Source: Balamuthia mandrillaris
Lineage: Eukaryota
Direction of reading: 5' to 3'
DNA length: 64,000 nucleotides
NCBI GenBank assembly: GCA_031835245.2
Contig: JAVKOQ020000100.1
Location: 1 to 64,000, forward strand
Shown here: positions 25,766 to 38,338 of the stretch, one piece after another
How positions within the stretch are numbered: the stretch's first letter is position 1
How the letters are laid out: every line of letters begins with the position of its first letter
Program-made: the position numbers and the translations under genes
Notes under the pieces: generated by a model
The model's input: the letters and a program-made list of their open reading frames with translations, nothing else
Told to the model about the DNA's origin: nothing
Databases searched by the model: none

Positions 25766-28700
25766 TTCTTTTCGTTTTTTTAAGAGGGTGAACAACAAAA
25801 TGATGACAAAACCTTATCACATTACATTCAAAACTGAGCTTTTTGCTCTGCTGATCTTCTGCAATTCTGATTTTGTTCATCCTCTCTCCTTCTCTCTCTC
25901 TCTCTCTCTTCTCCTGTCGCTTTCACTAAATCTTTTATTTAAAAACAGGTCTCACAGATGACTTTTGGGATCCTCGTATTGTTGCGATGAACTTTGTGTT
26001 AGACTTGATCGCCTTGCGTGGCAAATCCTATCTTCCAGTGGTGGCCGGTCACGCCATTGAAGTACTGAAGAACTATCAACAAGCGGCCCCCGAGCAACGC
26101 AACCTGAGAGAGAAAGACGGCGCTCTTTACGTTTTAGGAAATCTCTGTGCCAAACTGATCAAGTCAAAGGCGTACAAGCCTCATTTGGAGAACTTTTTGG
26201 TCAACCATGTCTTCCCGGAGCTGGAGAGTCCTTATCCTTTCATGCGCGCTCGCGTAAGTTTCTTTTTCTTTGTTCTGTTTAATCTTTTCTCTTCCCTCGA
26301 CCTCGTTCCCATTGCTAATGACCAAGCAAAAAAGGCATGTTGGGCATTTGCACAATTCTTTGAGGTCAAATTCACAGACGAACAAGTGTTCCTAAACGCA
26401 CTTCGACGGGTTCTGGAGTTGATGAAAGACAAAGATCTGCCTACTCGAGTGAAAGCCGCACTTTCTATCCGCTTTCTGTGTCTTAATCCCATTGGTACAT
26501 TTCTCCTCTCATTTTTCAACTATAAAGAGAGAAAGAAAAGAAAAGAACATTTTAAGTTAATTGCTTACACTCACCCTTCATATTGTTAGCTCTTGAGCCT
26601 CTCAAGCAGATTCTCCCTCAATTGCTGGAAGGTAACTATTTTCCCCTCATTCTCATTATCCTCTTCACCTTTATCGCGAACGAAATCTTACAAAAAACAA
26701 GCCTACCTTGGTTTGATGAACGAAATCGAGAACGACGACCTCGTCAAAACGTTGCAAGTCATCATCAGCCAATACCACACCGAAGTTGGTCCCTTCGCCG
26801 TCGCGCTCTGCCAACGTTTGGTGGAGGCATTCACTCGTTTGTCTTCTGACGAGGATGACGACAGTAGCGCCATGGCTGCAGTCGAGTGTTTGGGTGCCAT
26901 TCAGACCATTCTCGACAGCGTAAGCTGCTCTCCGGATCTTTACAAACAAATCGAGCCTGTGCTCATGCCTTTGCTTGTGGATCCTTTGCTTCAGCCTGAT
27001 GGAGTTGGTACGTATTTGTTTGCACTCTTTATTAACATCTTTTCTTCTCCTCTTTCTTTTCTTTTTCTTTTCTGTTACTACCATAAATAAATAACTTGAC
27101 ATACAAATTAACAGAGTATTTGGAGGAGACCATCAAGATTATCTCGTTCCTTACATTCTACTCTGAGAGCATTTCCGAAAATTTGTGGGGCCTCTTCCCT
27201 CTTCTCTACCGAGCCTTCGACGGATGGGCCATGGACTGGATGGATAGTACGTCGCTCACACACACTCTCTCTCTCCATTCATCTTTTTTGTAGGTTTGTT
27301 TTTTTTCTTACCATGATATCCTTCAGACTTGATCATTCCTTTGGATAACTACATTTCTCGGAGCACAGACGTTTTCTTGGGAGATAGCAGATACCTCGAA
27401 ATGATTCTTAGCATGTACAAGAAGGTAAACCCCACTGTGTCTTCACTTCTATTTCACTCGTTTACATATCTTAACTTCTGTTCATGCGTTTGCTTCTTTA
27501 CCTTGTTCATGCAGTTGTTGACAACGCCGGGAATCTCCCAAGTGGACAGCGGCGAAGGAGCACAACTCATTGAAGTGGTCCTGCAAAACTGTAAAGGTGG
27601 AGTGGATGCTCACATTCCCTTCATAGTGGAATTGGCCGTACAAAAGCTGTTCTCGGAGGAGACAACCTCCAAAGCGCTGAAGGTGTTGCTGTTGGAGGTC
27701 ATTGCCAATGCGCTCTATTACAACCCGCTGTTGTTGCTGCAAGTGTTGGAGTCACGCGGTTGTACCAACCAGGTCTTTTCTTTGTGGTTCTCTCTTCTAC
27801 CTATGTTCAAGAGGTTTGTTGCTTTCTACTCTTTGTTTCTTATTGTCTTCTCTGTCATTTGTGAACTTTTTGTTCTTCAAATTCTAACTGAACGATAATT
27901 AAACAATAAATAGGTTGAAGGATAAGAAGCTGGTCATTTTGGGACTTAGTTCAATGCTTTCTTTACCAATTGGCCAGCTTCCCCAAGCTGTCCAGTCTTC
28001 CGTAAAGGATATGATCTCTGCTCTTTTGCACTTGTTGCAAGATGTGGAGAAACAGAAACTAGGTACCATTCTTTTGCTGTGGCTTGTTCTTGTTCTTTCT
28101 CCTTTCTTCTTCTTCTACTACTGTTCTTGCTTTTCTACTTGTACATAATCGTTATTTAACTTATTTCGTTGCAGCTTTGAATGATGCAGGAGATGAAGAT
28201 GACTATGACGAAAACGAGGACGAAGACAGCGAAGAAGAAGATGTTTACGAAGATGACGAGAACGTTGATGGAGATGCTCATTCCATTCATCGCCTTGCCC
28301 TTTCTGTAAGTTCTTTTACTCTCTTTGTTTCACTTTTCTCTTTAGAAGACAAGGCGATGGGCTAACATTTATTTGAAACATCGAAAGGCTGCTGAGTACA
28401 GTTGGAGAGCAGGAGACGATGACGATGAAGATGACGGCGATGTGCATGAAGTAGCTGGCGTTGTTACCTCTCCGCTGGACAATGTTGATGAGCGCAAGTT
28501 CTTCTTGGAACACATCATGGTACTTTCTCTCTCTTCTCTCTTCTTTCTCTCTTTTTTTTGTTCTTTTGTCTTATTTCTTCTTCGTCTTTTCATCGCTTCT
28601 CGCTTCTCTCTTCTCCTCTATCCTTTGCGATATTAACAAAACAACAAAACAGGTCTTTCGAACAGAGAACCAGAAGTGTACAACAACTTGATGGGCGCCT

Positions 28701-28768
28701 TGTCCGCCGAGGAACAAACCATCTTCAGAGACCTCGCCGCAAGCATTCAACAATCCGAACAAAAGTAA
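23718..28768 (+). CDS. IPO7: Importin-7/8 family karyopherin (Nmd5/SAD2-like); multi-exon
   Basis: IBN_N start (RNAAEKQLE; LSAAVNFKN), FPEGWPEL, WKLKKW, WQEDPAE, REKDGAL, VFPELESPYPFMRARACW, PLDNYISR and an acidic C-terminal loop. Confidence 0.88.
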
Positions 28769-28854
28769 AAACACAAACCTTTTTATATTTTTCTGCAACA
28801 AACAACAACATAAACAAAACGGTTTTTAAATGTTTTTGTGTTTCTTTTTTTTTT

Positions 28855-29008
28855 TTACTTGGAAGGAGGAGGGGTGAGGATTTCCTTGTCCCCTCCGCAC
28901 GTTTGAACTTCCATTCTCGGATAGTAGGCCACCACGTTGATGCACATCTTTGGCGGTGTGTTATCCGTGAGAAATAAAGAAATATAAAAATAACATAAAA
29001 TACTAAAA

Positions 29009-29043
<35 letters not shown>

Positions 29044-31332
29044 AATAAAATAAAATAATTCACCAAGTACAAAAAAACAAACCTCACAAGCGGTGGCTTC
29101 ACAGCCATTCGTGACGGCCGCTCGGGAGGTCGAGTCCCAAGTGCAAGTGGTCCGCAGCCTATCTCCCCCGTCCACCACGACGGGCGGGATCAACGGCACG
29201 AACTCCTGGTCGTTGTAGTCGAAGTTGGCGTTGCCGAAGGTGCCCTTGGGCCGCCCGTCGGCGCTGAAGTGCTCCGTTATGACCTTGCGCCCGATCTGGT
29301 GCATGTGGGAGAGGTAGGCGATGACGGTGGCGACGTTGGCTTGGTCGGAGGGCACCTCGCAGGTGTCGCGTTGGACGTATTCGGGCATGCCTGGAGGGAT
29401 CGCCAAGTCGGTCACCGGCCCTGTTTGCTGAAAGCGTAAGAAGAGAAGAAGAACGAGAAGAGAGAGAAGAACAGAATAGAGACAAAAGAAGTGAAGACAC
29501 AGAAGGTAACGAACATACCAAGATACAGGAATCCACATTCCTGCTCTCTCAGCTCGGTGGTATAGAAGATCTCCACGCCGCTGCTATCCACTATATCGGT
29601 CCTCCCTCCCGGATTGTTGTAGTGCACCTGCAACACCCCGTAGAGCGAGTCGGTTCCAGCTCCGAAGCGAACGCCGACGTCATCCGGAGGGATAAAGTCC
29701 TCTCCTCCTGCCGCCCAGCCCCACATAAAGTCCGTCCCCGGAGGCATCGAGGAGCATTCAAAGACTTCCGGATAGCCGGTCAGCTCGGATTGGGTCCTGT
29801 AGAGGATCATGTGGTGAACGACGAGAGATTGGTCCACGTATGGCTTGAAACGGACGCCGTCGTAGGTGTCGTCGGAAGGAAGCGTTACCTTTTCGTTATA
29901 TTTGTTTTCGTGAGAGATGGGAAACAAAGATGGAAGAAGGCATAGGCGAGTGAAAAGCAGAGAAATGAGAGAAAGAGAGAGCAGAGAGAAGACAGAAAGG
30001 GGTTAACGGCAATAAGAATCCTACCACGGTACACATATACTGCGTCTCTTCCTCGCCCACTTGATACTCTGGCATTGCAATCACAAAGCTCTCACAAGAG
30101 CCATCCTTCTGGCACGGCACCTCATTGGAGCCCTCCACGCTTTTCACCACGAACACCCCTCTCTCCTTCTCTCCCAACTCCAAAGACTCCATCAAGGCAT
30201 TCATCATCACCTCCTCCAAGAAATGAGCTTTCAGCGTGTCCAACACGATCTCCAACCTCCATTTCTTATCCTCTCCCTCTCCTTCACACGAGGAAGGCTC
30301 TCCGAAACGCAGCTTGATGCTTCCTCTGGTGCTTCCGTGATAGTCGAAACTGAGCTCCTCCGTTATTATGGTAGGGTTGAGTTGCGTGTTGGTTGCAAAG
30401 ATGACCCAAGTTTCTTCGTTGGGATCGATAGAAAGGTCTTCGCTTTCGTTCTCTTCCGTGGCGGTCAACTTTCTGCTCACCTCCAAGGTCAGCCTCTCCC
30501 CATCTCGCGCCGCCGCTTGCAGCTGGACGTTTTGTTCGTGTTCGTCCATCTTCGGCTGCGCCCTAACAAAAGTGTGGCAGTCATAAACGCAGCCATCTAA
30601 ACACTGGTCTCCTCCATCCTCTTCGTCGTTGAGCCACCCGACAAGCATGTCGGAGGCGACATCGGGGTCGGACCCGCTGTTCATGGTGCCGTCGAGGGAG
30701 ACGCCAAGGCCGAGCCATCCTCTGGTGTTGGCCTCCAAGGAGAGGTGAAGGAGGTCCTCCTCGGCGTCGACCGTCCAAAAGAGCTTGTAGTCCACCTGCG
30801 TAGAGGCAGCAGCGTCGTCGAATGCCAAGCGTTTGCAATTCTCATAGGAAGTCTGTCGTTGTGGATGGTAATGGTAGCCGTGTTGATGTGGGTGAGAGAG
30901 AACGGGTTCGTGGTGAGCGGAGAAGCAGGCGAGGAAGAGAATGAGGGCGGCGCAGAGAAGAGCAACGTTGGAAGAACGAGAGCGGAAAGAAAGTGGAGAG
31001 ACGAAGAAGAAGAGGGAGAATAAGAGGAAGAAAAGAGAAGAAGTAATAATTCTAGAGGAAGAAGAATTCTCTCCTGTTACGTCGCCATCGCCGTCACCAT
31101 CGTTGGTTGTTCCTTCAAAGACTTTCAACGAGAGAATGGGATAGTACAAGTCCAAGGTGCCCTCCTCAAAGCGTTGCTGCACAGCGCTGGCAATCGCTTC
31201 CGACCCGTCCCCTGCCTCGATCTCCAATTCCACGGTCACCTCGCCCTTGGCCACCGCGAGCAGCGCGAGGCAGCTCCACAGCAGCAGGAGCAGCGTTACA
31301 GGGTCACGACAAGCAGCTCTCATGATGTGCAT
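28855..31332 (-). CDS. DOMON + copper type II ascorbate-dependent monooxygenase (DBH/MOXD1-like); multi-exon
   Basis: DOMON motifs (GWLGLG...M..SDMLVGW; YHG) and copper ligand motifs VVHHMILY, LQVHYNN, SHMHQIG and spliced EMCINVVAYYP; DSSG motif also present. Confidence 0.88.
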
Positions 31333-31508
31333 TTTTTTTTATAGTTCTTTTTTATCTTCCGCAATGAGCGAACAAAGAGGAAATCAATTCATTTCCTATA
31401 AAGGTGTCGCGTGATTGGCTGACTGGCGTCATCAAATTTCTCGTGTTGTCTGCAATAATTATACATGTCTACAATAAAATCACCCGCCATTTTTTTTTGC
31501 TGCAAATT

Positions 31509-31546
31509 TTTCCCGCCATTTTTCGGTAGGGGAGGAAGTCCAACGG
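31509..31546 (+). promoter_or_regulatory. E2F-like and MSA/MYB-like sites upstream of the kinesin
   Basis: TTTCCCGCCA at 31509 and TCCAACGG at 31539. Confidence 0.45.
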
Positions 31547-31566
31547 ACACCTCAAAGGTTGCAGAG

Positions 31567-31607
<41 letters not shown>

Positions 31608-31851
31608 CTTTTTTTTTTTGACTTGGTGTTTTTTTTTTTTGTGAGTGAGTCTTCTCTCAGTATAGAAGAAGAAGAAGAAGAAGAAGAAGAAGAAGAAGAA
31701 GAAGAAGACGAGCATTTTTTATTTCTGAAAAACAAAAGTGTTGACTCTCTTTGCTTTCTTTCTCTTCTTCATAGGCCAAAGAAAAGAAAAAAGAAAAGCA
31801 ATATATTTTGAAAAAGAAACCAATCAAATAGTTTGATTCCCAGCACTTTGG

Positions 31852-33129
31852 ATGGAAGAGGTGGTTCAAGTGGTGGTTCGAGTGAAACCGTTCACGGCCG
31901 ACGAGTTGGACGCGGGGGAGTCCTCCTGCGTCACCGTCCTCGACGACGGTCGCTCCCTTCAGGTCACCCCTCCCGCCAACAACGCGGAAGCTCTCGGGGA
32001 CCATCCTTCCTCCTCTTCCGCCCTTTCCACGCCCAACAGCGGCTGCACCACGCCCACCGGCCGTCGCTCCGCCAACACAACCCCTTCCTCTGCTTCTTCT
32101 TCTTCCTCCTCTCGTTTTCTTCGCAGCACACCGCGTACGCCGTTGGACCAAAGCGCCCGAGCCGTTCGCAAAGCTCTCTTTGGCGGCTCCTCTGCTTCGT
32201 CCTCCGCTTCGGCCCGTCCCTCTCCCTTTGCCATTCGATCCGCATTGGCCCACACGCCTCTCTCCTCCTCGGTCCAACGAGCCAAGAAGAAGGCCCCTGT
32301 GCCTCGCCTGCAGCCGACGAGCAGCGAGGCGACGGCCACCGCACCCAAGGCGTTTACCTTTGATAGAGTGTTTGATGGCGGCGCCACGCAGAACGATGTC
32401 TACGAGGCGGTGGGTCCCTTGGTTGAGGCCTGTTTGGAGGGCTACAACGCCACCATCTTTGCTTATGGGTGAGCCTTTTCTCCTGAACTGTTTTCTTTTC
32501 TATTCTTGCTTTCTCTCTGGCTGAGTACTGCAAACCAAACAGACAAACGGGATCGGGAAAGACACACACAATGATGGGCACACGACATGACCCCGGCCTC
32601 GTCCCCCGCGCCATACAACAGCTCTTCACACTGGTTGACCAACGTCCTGACACCCTCTTCCACATCCAATGCAGCTTTGTGGAGCTGCACATGAACCAGT
32701 TTATGGACCTCTTGGACCCGGACAATGATCCTCGTTTGCGTCGCAAGCACCTGCCTGGATGGAAGCCCCGTCGCATCGACATTCGCGAGGACTGCTCCTC
32801 TGGCTCGGTCTTTTTGGTCGGCTCGGAGACGTTGCAGACGGTGGTGACCAGCTATGAGGAGGCAATCGGCTTGGTGGAGAGAGGCCACCGAACGAGAACG
32901 GTGGCTTCCACCTGCTCGAACAGTAAGAGCAGCCGCTCGCACGCTATCATCACGTTTCAGGTGGAGAGCAGAGATGCGGCCAACAAGGAGGCGGCCGTTA
33001 CTGTGGGCAAGTTGCATATGGTTGACCTGGCAGGCAGCGAGCGGTTGAGCAAATCTTTGGCGGAGGGAGAGACAAAGAAGGAGACTATGTCAATTAACTC
33101 TTCTTTGACTGCTTTAGGTTGGTTTCATG

Positions 33130-33181
<52 letters not shown>

Positions 33182-35248
33182 TCTCTCTCGTGCTGTTTTT
33201 TCAGTTTCTGAAATTCTCTTTCTTTGGTTTGGTTTACTAGGCGATGTATTGTCCGCTTTGAGCAGTCAAAAGGGAGGGTTGATACCGTATCGCAACAACA
33301 AGCTGACGAGGTTCCTGCAAGACTCCCTTGGTGGCAACTCAAAGACCTTTTTCGTGATCAATGTACAACCAGCTGTTAGCCACTGGCGAGAAACTATGAT
33401 GAGCCTTCAGTACGGGCAACGCGCCAAGCTCATTCGCAACTGTGTGGTACGTTCTCCATTCCTTTTTTCTGCTGTCTTCCTGCCTTGTTCTTTCTTTGCT
33501 AATCATTTCCCTTTGCTTTCATTCAACAGAGCGTAAACAGAGACTTGGTCGGCAGTTCCGACTTGCAAGCCCTGAACACCGAAATAGAGAACCTCAAAAA
33601 CAGACTGGCCCAACGAACGCAACAATACGAGGAGATCCGCAAGCAGCAAAGTCTGGTCGGTCGCGAAAACAAAGAGCTCAAGGAAAGGCTGGAGGCTCTC
33701 TCTCGCCTCAACATGGAGGAAAAGGAAGCTCTCGAGCACCAAATGCATGCCGTCATTCACAGCAAGGAAGGCGAGATGGCGGAGCAGAAACATGCTTTCC
33801 TCTCCTTGCAGGCCTACTTGGATGAGAGGGTGAAGAAAACGCACGACCTCAAAGTAAAGCTTGCTTTGGAGGAAGGAGAGTTGGAGGAGCTTCGACAAAA
33901 GGTACTCTTTCGTTATGATAAGCCTTCTTTCTCTTGTTGAAGATTTTCCTCATTTTACTAACATTTAACCCTACAGCATAAGAGCCAGCAACACGAGATC
34001 ACGCGTTTGAAGGCGGAGAAGAAAGTGGCGCTTCAGCGCAACCAAAAGCTGCTCAAGAAACTGGAAACAGTTCGCCTTCTTTGGGAGGAGGATCGCAATA
34101 ACATTCGCACCCAAGTTTTGAACCTCGAAACTCAGCTTCAACAAGAACGAATGCAAATCTTGGAGCTAAGACAGCAGCTTGACCTGGCGAAGAATAGCAA
34201 GGTAGCAGAGAAGGAAAACGAAGAGGAGAAGGATACAACAATTACCGAAGCGGAACTGGAGTTAAAGAAGCAGAAACGACTGGCCAAAGACGCGCAACAA
34301 AAGGTTAGAATCGTTTTGTCAGAGTTGGAGAAGCAGAAGAACTTGACCCAGGAACAAGACCAACTTTTGGAGGAGCAATGCGCTCGCATTACTGAGTTGG
34401 AGAAAGAGTTGAAGCAAAGAGGTGCGGAGAGCAAAACCGACAAACGAACCATTCAGCAACTTCAGAAAGAGATCGAGTTGCTTCAACAACAACAATCAAA
34501 CCAGAAGTCGAATGGGTTCGAAGAAGAGAGGGAAGAAGAAGAAACGGTGGTTGCAAAGAAGAGAACGAGCAGAAAGCGAAGAACGATTGATGAAGATGAC
34601 TATGTAGGTGAGGGAGAGGAGAAAAAAGGAACAAAGAAGAAGAGCAACAAGACGAACGCTACTTCTGGGCGAGCGCGAAAACGAAGCAAGAAACAAGAAC
34701 AACAAGAAGAGCAAATCGAAGAAGAGAAAGAGAAGGAAGTCGAAGATGCGGCAACAACAACAACAAAGAAGAAACAACAGCGAAGCAACACCAGCAATGG
34801 ACCAAAACGTCTAAGAGGAAAGCGTCAACTAATCTCTGAGACCGAGTTTATTGACAACGAAGCTTCTCTTGAACCTTCTAATTCTTCTTCATCAACTCAA
34901 ACTCAAACCAACAAACCTTCTCCTACAAACAACACCACCAACAAAAAGAGCTTCTTTGCTTCCTCTGCTTCAGCCACTCGTTTTGGAGGCTTGACAACTC
35001 CCTCTTCCTCCTCCGCTTCATCTTCTTCAGCAGCAAGTGTACTGATGTCCGGAATGATGGGGCCGATGACCCGTGCATTGTTGAAGAAGAGAGGAAGTCG
35101 GCCGCTCTCCTCCGTAAACAGCAACAAAACCGGTTCACTCTCGGGTGCCTCCTCGTCGATCAGCGAGCTGGTGAAAGTGGGACAGTTTCGTCCACCCCAG
35201 TTGATCAACAACAACAACAAGCTGAAAGAGAAGGAGAACGTGTTTTGA
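31852..35248 (+). CDS. Kinesin with N-terminal motor and long coiled-coil tail; multi-exon
   Basis: [71 protein letters not shown], then coiled coil and a C-terminal KEN box (KENVF). Confidence 0.93.
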
Positions 35249-35554
35249 GGAAGAAGAGGAGTGGAATGAATGAGCAAGCAACAGCATTCTCAAAGTTGGA
35301 TAGTATCTTATTTTGAGGATGTTTTTTTTCTTTTGGCATTTTGTAAAAAAACAAAAAACAAAAAACATAACTTCATCGAACTGAAAAGCCCATGAGCTTC
35401 CAAGGCTGAGGTAGTAATGGGCCGGTCGAGCGTCTTTCACCAGACGACTCGCACAGATAACTTCCGACGGAACTTTGGCAGTTCATTACTGTGGTTCATT
35501 AAGAAATACAGAAAGAATGGTTCGTATAAAGAATATACATTTCAAGTGAATAAC

Positions 35555-38023
35555 TTAAGAGCGGAACACATTGCTGGGCTTTGGCGGGATAGGTGGGGCG
35601 CTGGCCTTTGGAGTGACGGCGGAAGGCGTGGTTCGTGGGGATACTGCCGGGGCACCAGCCCTTGCAGGAACTGCAGGAGGAGCAGCTCTTGGAGAAACGG
35701 GTGAAGGACCGGCAGTTGAAGACACAGCCGATGGAGAGGCCCTTGGAGACGCTGGGCCGGCCTTTGGAGGAACTGCCGGGGGAGCCCTAGGGGAGACTGG
35801 AGGAGCGCCAGTCTTGGGCGGAACTGCTGGGGGAGCCCTAGGGGAGACTGGAGGAGCGCCAGTCTTTGGAGGAACTGCTGGAGGAGCCCTTGCAGAAACT
35901 GACGGCGCAGCGCCAGTCTTTGGAGGAACTGCAGGAAGAGACTTTGGAGAAAGTGGGCCTGCCCTCGAAGAACCCGCCGGGAGCTTCTTTGGAGTAACTT
36001 CTGGAGCAGGCGTCTTTGGAGGGATTGTTGGAGCAGACCTTGGGGAAACAGGTAGAGCACCAGTCTTCGGAGGAACGGCTGGAGGAACAGTTGCAGCTCT
36101 GTTCAAACCGTCTTCAATTTCAATGCTCCTGGGGCTCATCTGTTTCGTTTCCATTGGTGTCGTCTTCGCAAAGTTGGTATCGAACTGGGCTCTTATGGCT
36201 AACTTCTGTCGTCTTCTCAACAGGAACAAACCAACGGCAAAGAGGATCATCGTTACTAGAGTAAGCACCGCAAAAAGCGTTCCAAAGAAGAGTCCAGCTA
36301 CCACACCCCCAGGTACACCCTCTCCATCACCGTCATCTTTAACACCGCCTAAACGAGTGCTAACGCGAGAGGCAACCATGGAGGCTGTGTTGCAATACTC
36401 GTTGTACGTGATCCGCTGGTCGCCGTTCTTGTCCAACCTTGCAAAGATCTCCTCCAGGTGACCCTCTCTTCGGATCCAATGCTTCATGAGCTCCATCCAA
36501 CGAAGCTTCCCGATGGTGCCTCCTTGTTTGGGGTTGGCATACTTCTCCCAGTCTCCACAGAAACGCACCTCAATGCTCTCCGCTTGATTTCTCTCCAACG
36601 AGGTGAGGAAAGGGTTGATGTCGGTGGTGGTGTTGGTTTTGGCTCCAGTGGGGTCCAGCGGATCGTAGCTCCATGATGGACAGCTGTCGCAATAGGTTGC
36701 GGGCTTGGACGTGCTCATACAGGCCCTACGAGCGGAACACCAGCCACATCCGTTAGTTTCCTCGCATTCTTTGAAGGTTTCCAGCCGACTGCATTCATCC
36801 ACTATAACATTATTTCAGTTTCGGGTGTTAGCTGGGAAAGAAGCAGAAAGCAAAGCCCGTGAGGGAAAGGATAACAGAGAGCAAACTAACCAACGCCAAT
36901 GGTGATACAGGAGAGTTCGAAAGTGTCGTGGTTCAATGGAGTTTCCAGATCAATCACCGGACAGAAAGAGATGCCAGGGAGGCTCCAAATAATCTTCTGC
37001 AGGCGGAAGCAAAGCTCATGGGGGAAAATAAGCCCGTGCAGTATAGAGGCGCACAAGTTGATACTGTGTTCCTCAAAGTCGAACTTCAGCTTCAACGTCA
37101 CCTTTCCCAGCTTCCATTCTTGTTCATATTCTTTGTTGCAGGAGAGATATTCTTTGTGGATAGATATCAGGAGTTAGTACCGATATAGCTGAGAAGAGAG
37201 GATGGAGAATGAGGCAGGAAACACAATGAAAAGGAACGGTAAGTAGCTTACCAGCCATCCCGATGGTAACGTTGAAGATGGGCTCCTTGCCAAGTCCCAT
37301 GAACAAATTCAAAGTCTGAGAACAACAGGCATGTTAAAGGCCTACTGGAAAAATGAACAGAGGAAACATCACAACAGAGCCCGAACCTTTTCACATGAGA
37401 GCAGAGCCGCGGACACGCAGAGAGTGCTGTCCGGTGAAAGCATGTAGTTGAAAAGCAATTTGTTCGAGTTTGGCGCCGCCCCCAAGATATCTATCACGCC
37501 AGTCGGCCTGGGAAAGAGAATGTTCTCAATGGAGAGAGGCACCACCAGGTCCCCTATGAACTGTCCCACTGGGCCAAGTTTGCTGACGGGAACGGTCACC
37601 TCGAAGGAAGGAACGTTTTCTAGTAGGTCGTTGAGGGCCACCTGGACCTTCGTCAAGTCCACCCACTTTAACAACATCTTCGTGTGTTGCGATAAAGAAA
37701 AGGGAATACAAGCTTTGTGTTGTGTTCAAAGAAAGAGGGAGGTCAAAAGGGCAAAAATAGAGCGGCAGGCCAGGAAAGTTACCTTTGCACTCCCGACGTT
37801 CGTTCACCTTTGGGTTTGTGCAGGTCCAGGACGGAGAGGAGCTCCCGGCGGGTCCCCCTATAGTGAAAGTAGTGTTCATTGGGTTGCCTGCCCTCGTGCT
37901 CAACCCCCGAGAAGCCTCTCGAGCCGTTGCATCCCCTAGGGACACCAACAGCAACAATAGCAAAACGAGATATATCGAGCGAAGTCGGCCGAAGGCGGCC
38001 GTGTTCCGTTGGCGCTCCTGCAT
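35555..38023 (-). CDS. Pair 1 gene A: type I membrane protein (SP, Cys-rich DUF4773-like, PSI-like, EF-hand, TM, Pro-rich tail)
   Basis: 5 exons. Signal peptide; ACIPFSLSQHT exon; ISFCP...LSCITIG; CGWC PSI-like; EF loop DKNGDQRITYNE; TM VVAGLFFGTLFAVLTLVTMILFAVGLFLL followed by RRR; PAVPPK/VSPR repeats. Confidence 0.8.
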
Positions 38024-38338
38024 CACTTCGCTTCCGCCGGGCCAACCGATTTTTTGTGGAATGTTCCCAGAGAGCGGGCAAAAAGGCTTAGGAGGAGAGC
38101 AGCTGCGCGTTCAAGTCAAAGCGGAGGGGCCTCTGACGGTTGGGCGGTGGTTATAAACGCCCGAATAATGTCCTTATAAAGGGGCCTTCAAAGGCGCGCT
38201 GGCCTTGAAAAGGAAAGGCTGCCGTCTCTTGAGGCCGGCCGCCTGCCCTGGAACACCACCGCCGCTTTCTTTTTCTTACCGGTTCGTGTGCCCTCTTCGC
38301 CCGAAGCGCAACAACTCCGTTGGAAGAGGGAGCGGAAG

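Noticed and set aside
35700..36080. Regular ~51-nt repeats resembling a CRISPR array
   Set aside because: They are in-frame coding repeats in a eukaryotic gene, with no unique spacers or cas genes.
35571..36461. Plus-strand Gly/Ala-rich 296-aa ORF
   Set aside because: It is antisense to the Pro-rich tail of A1.
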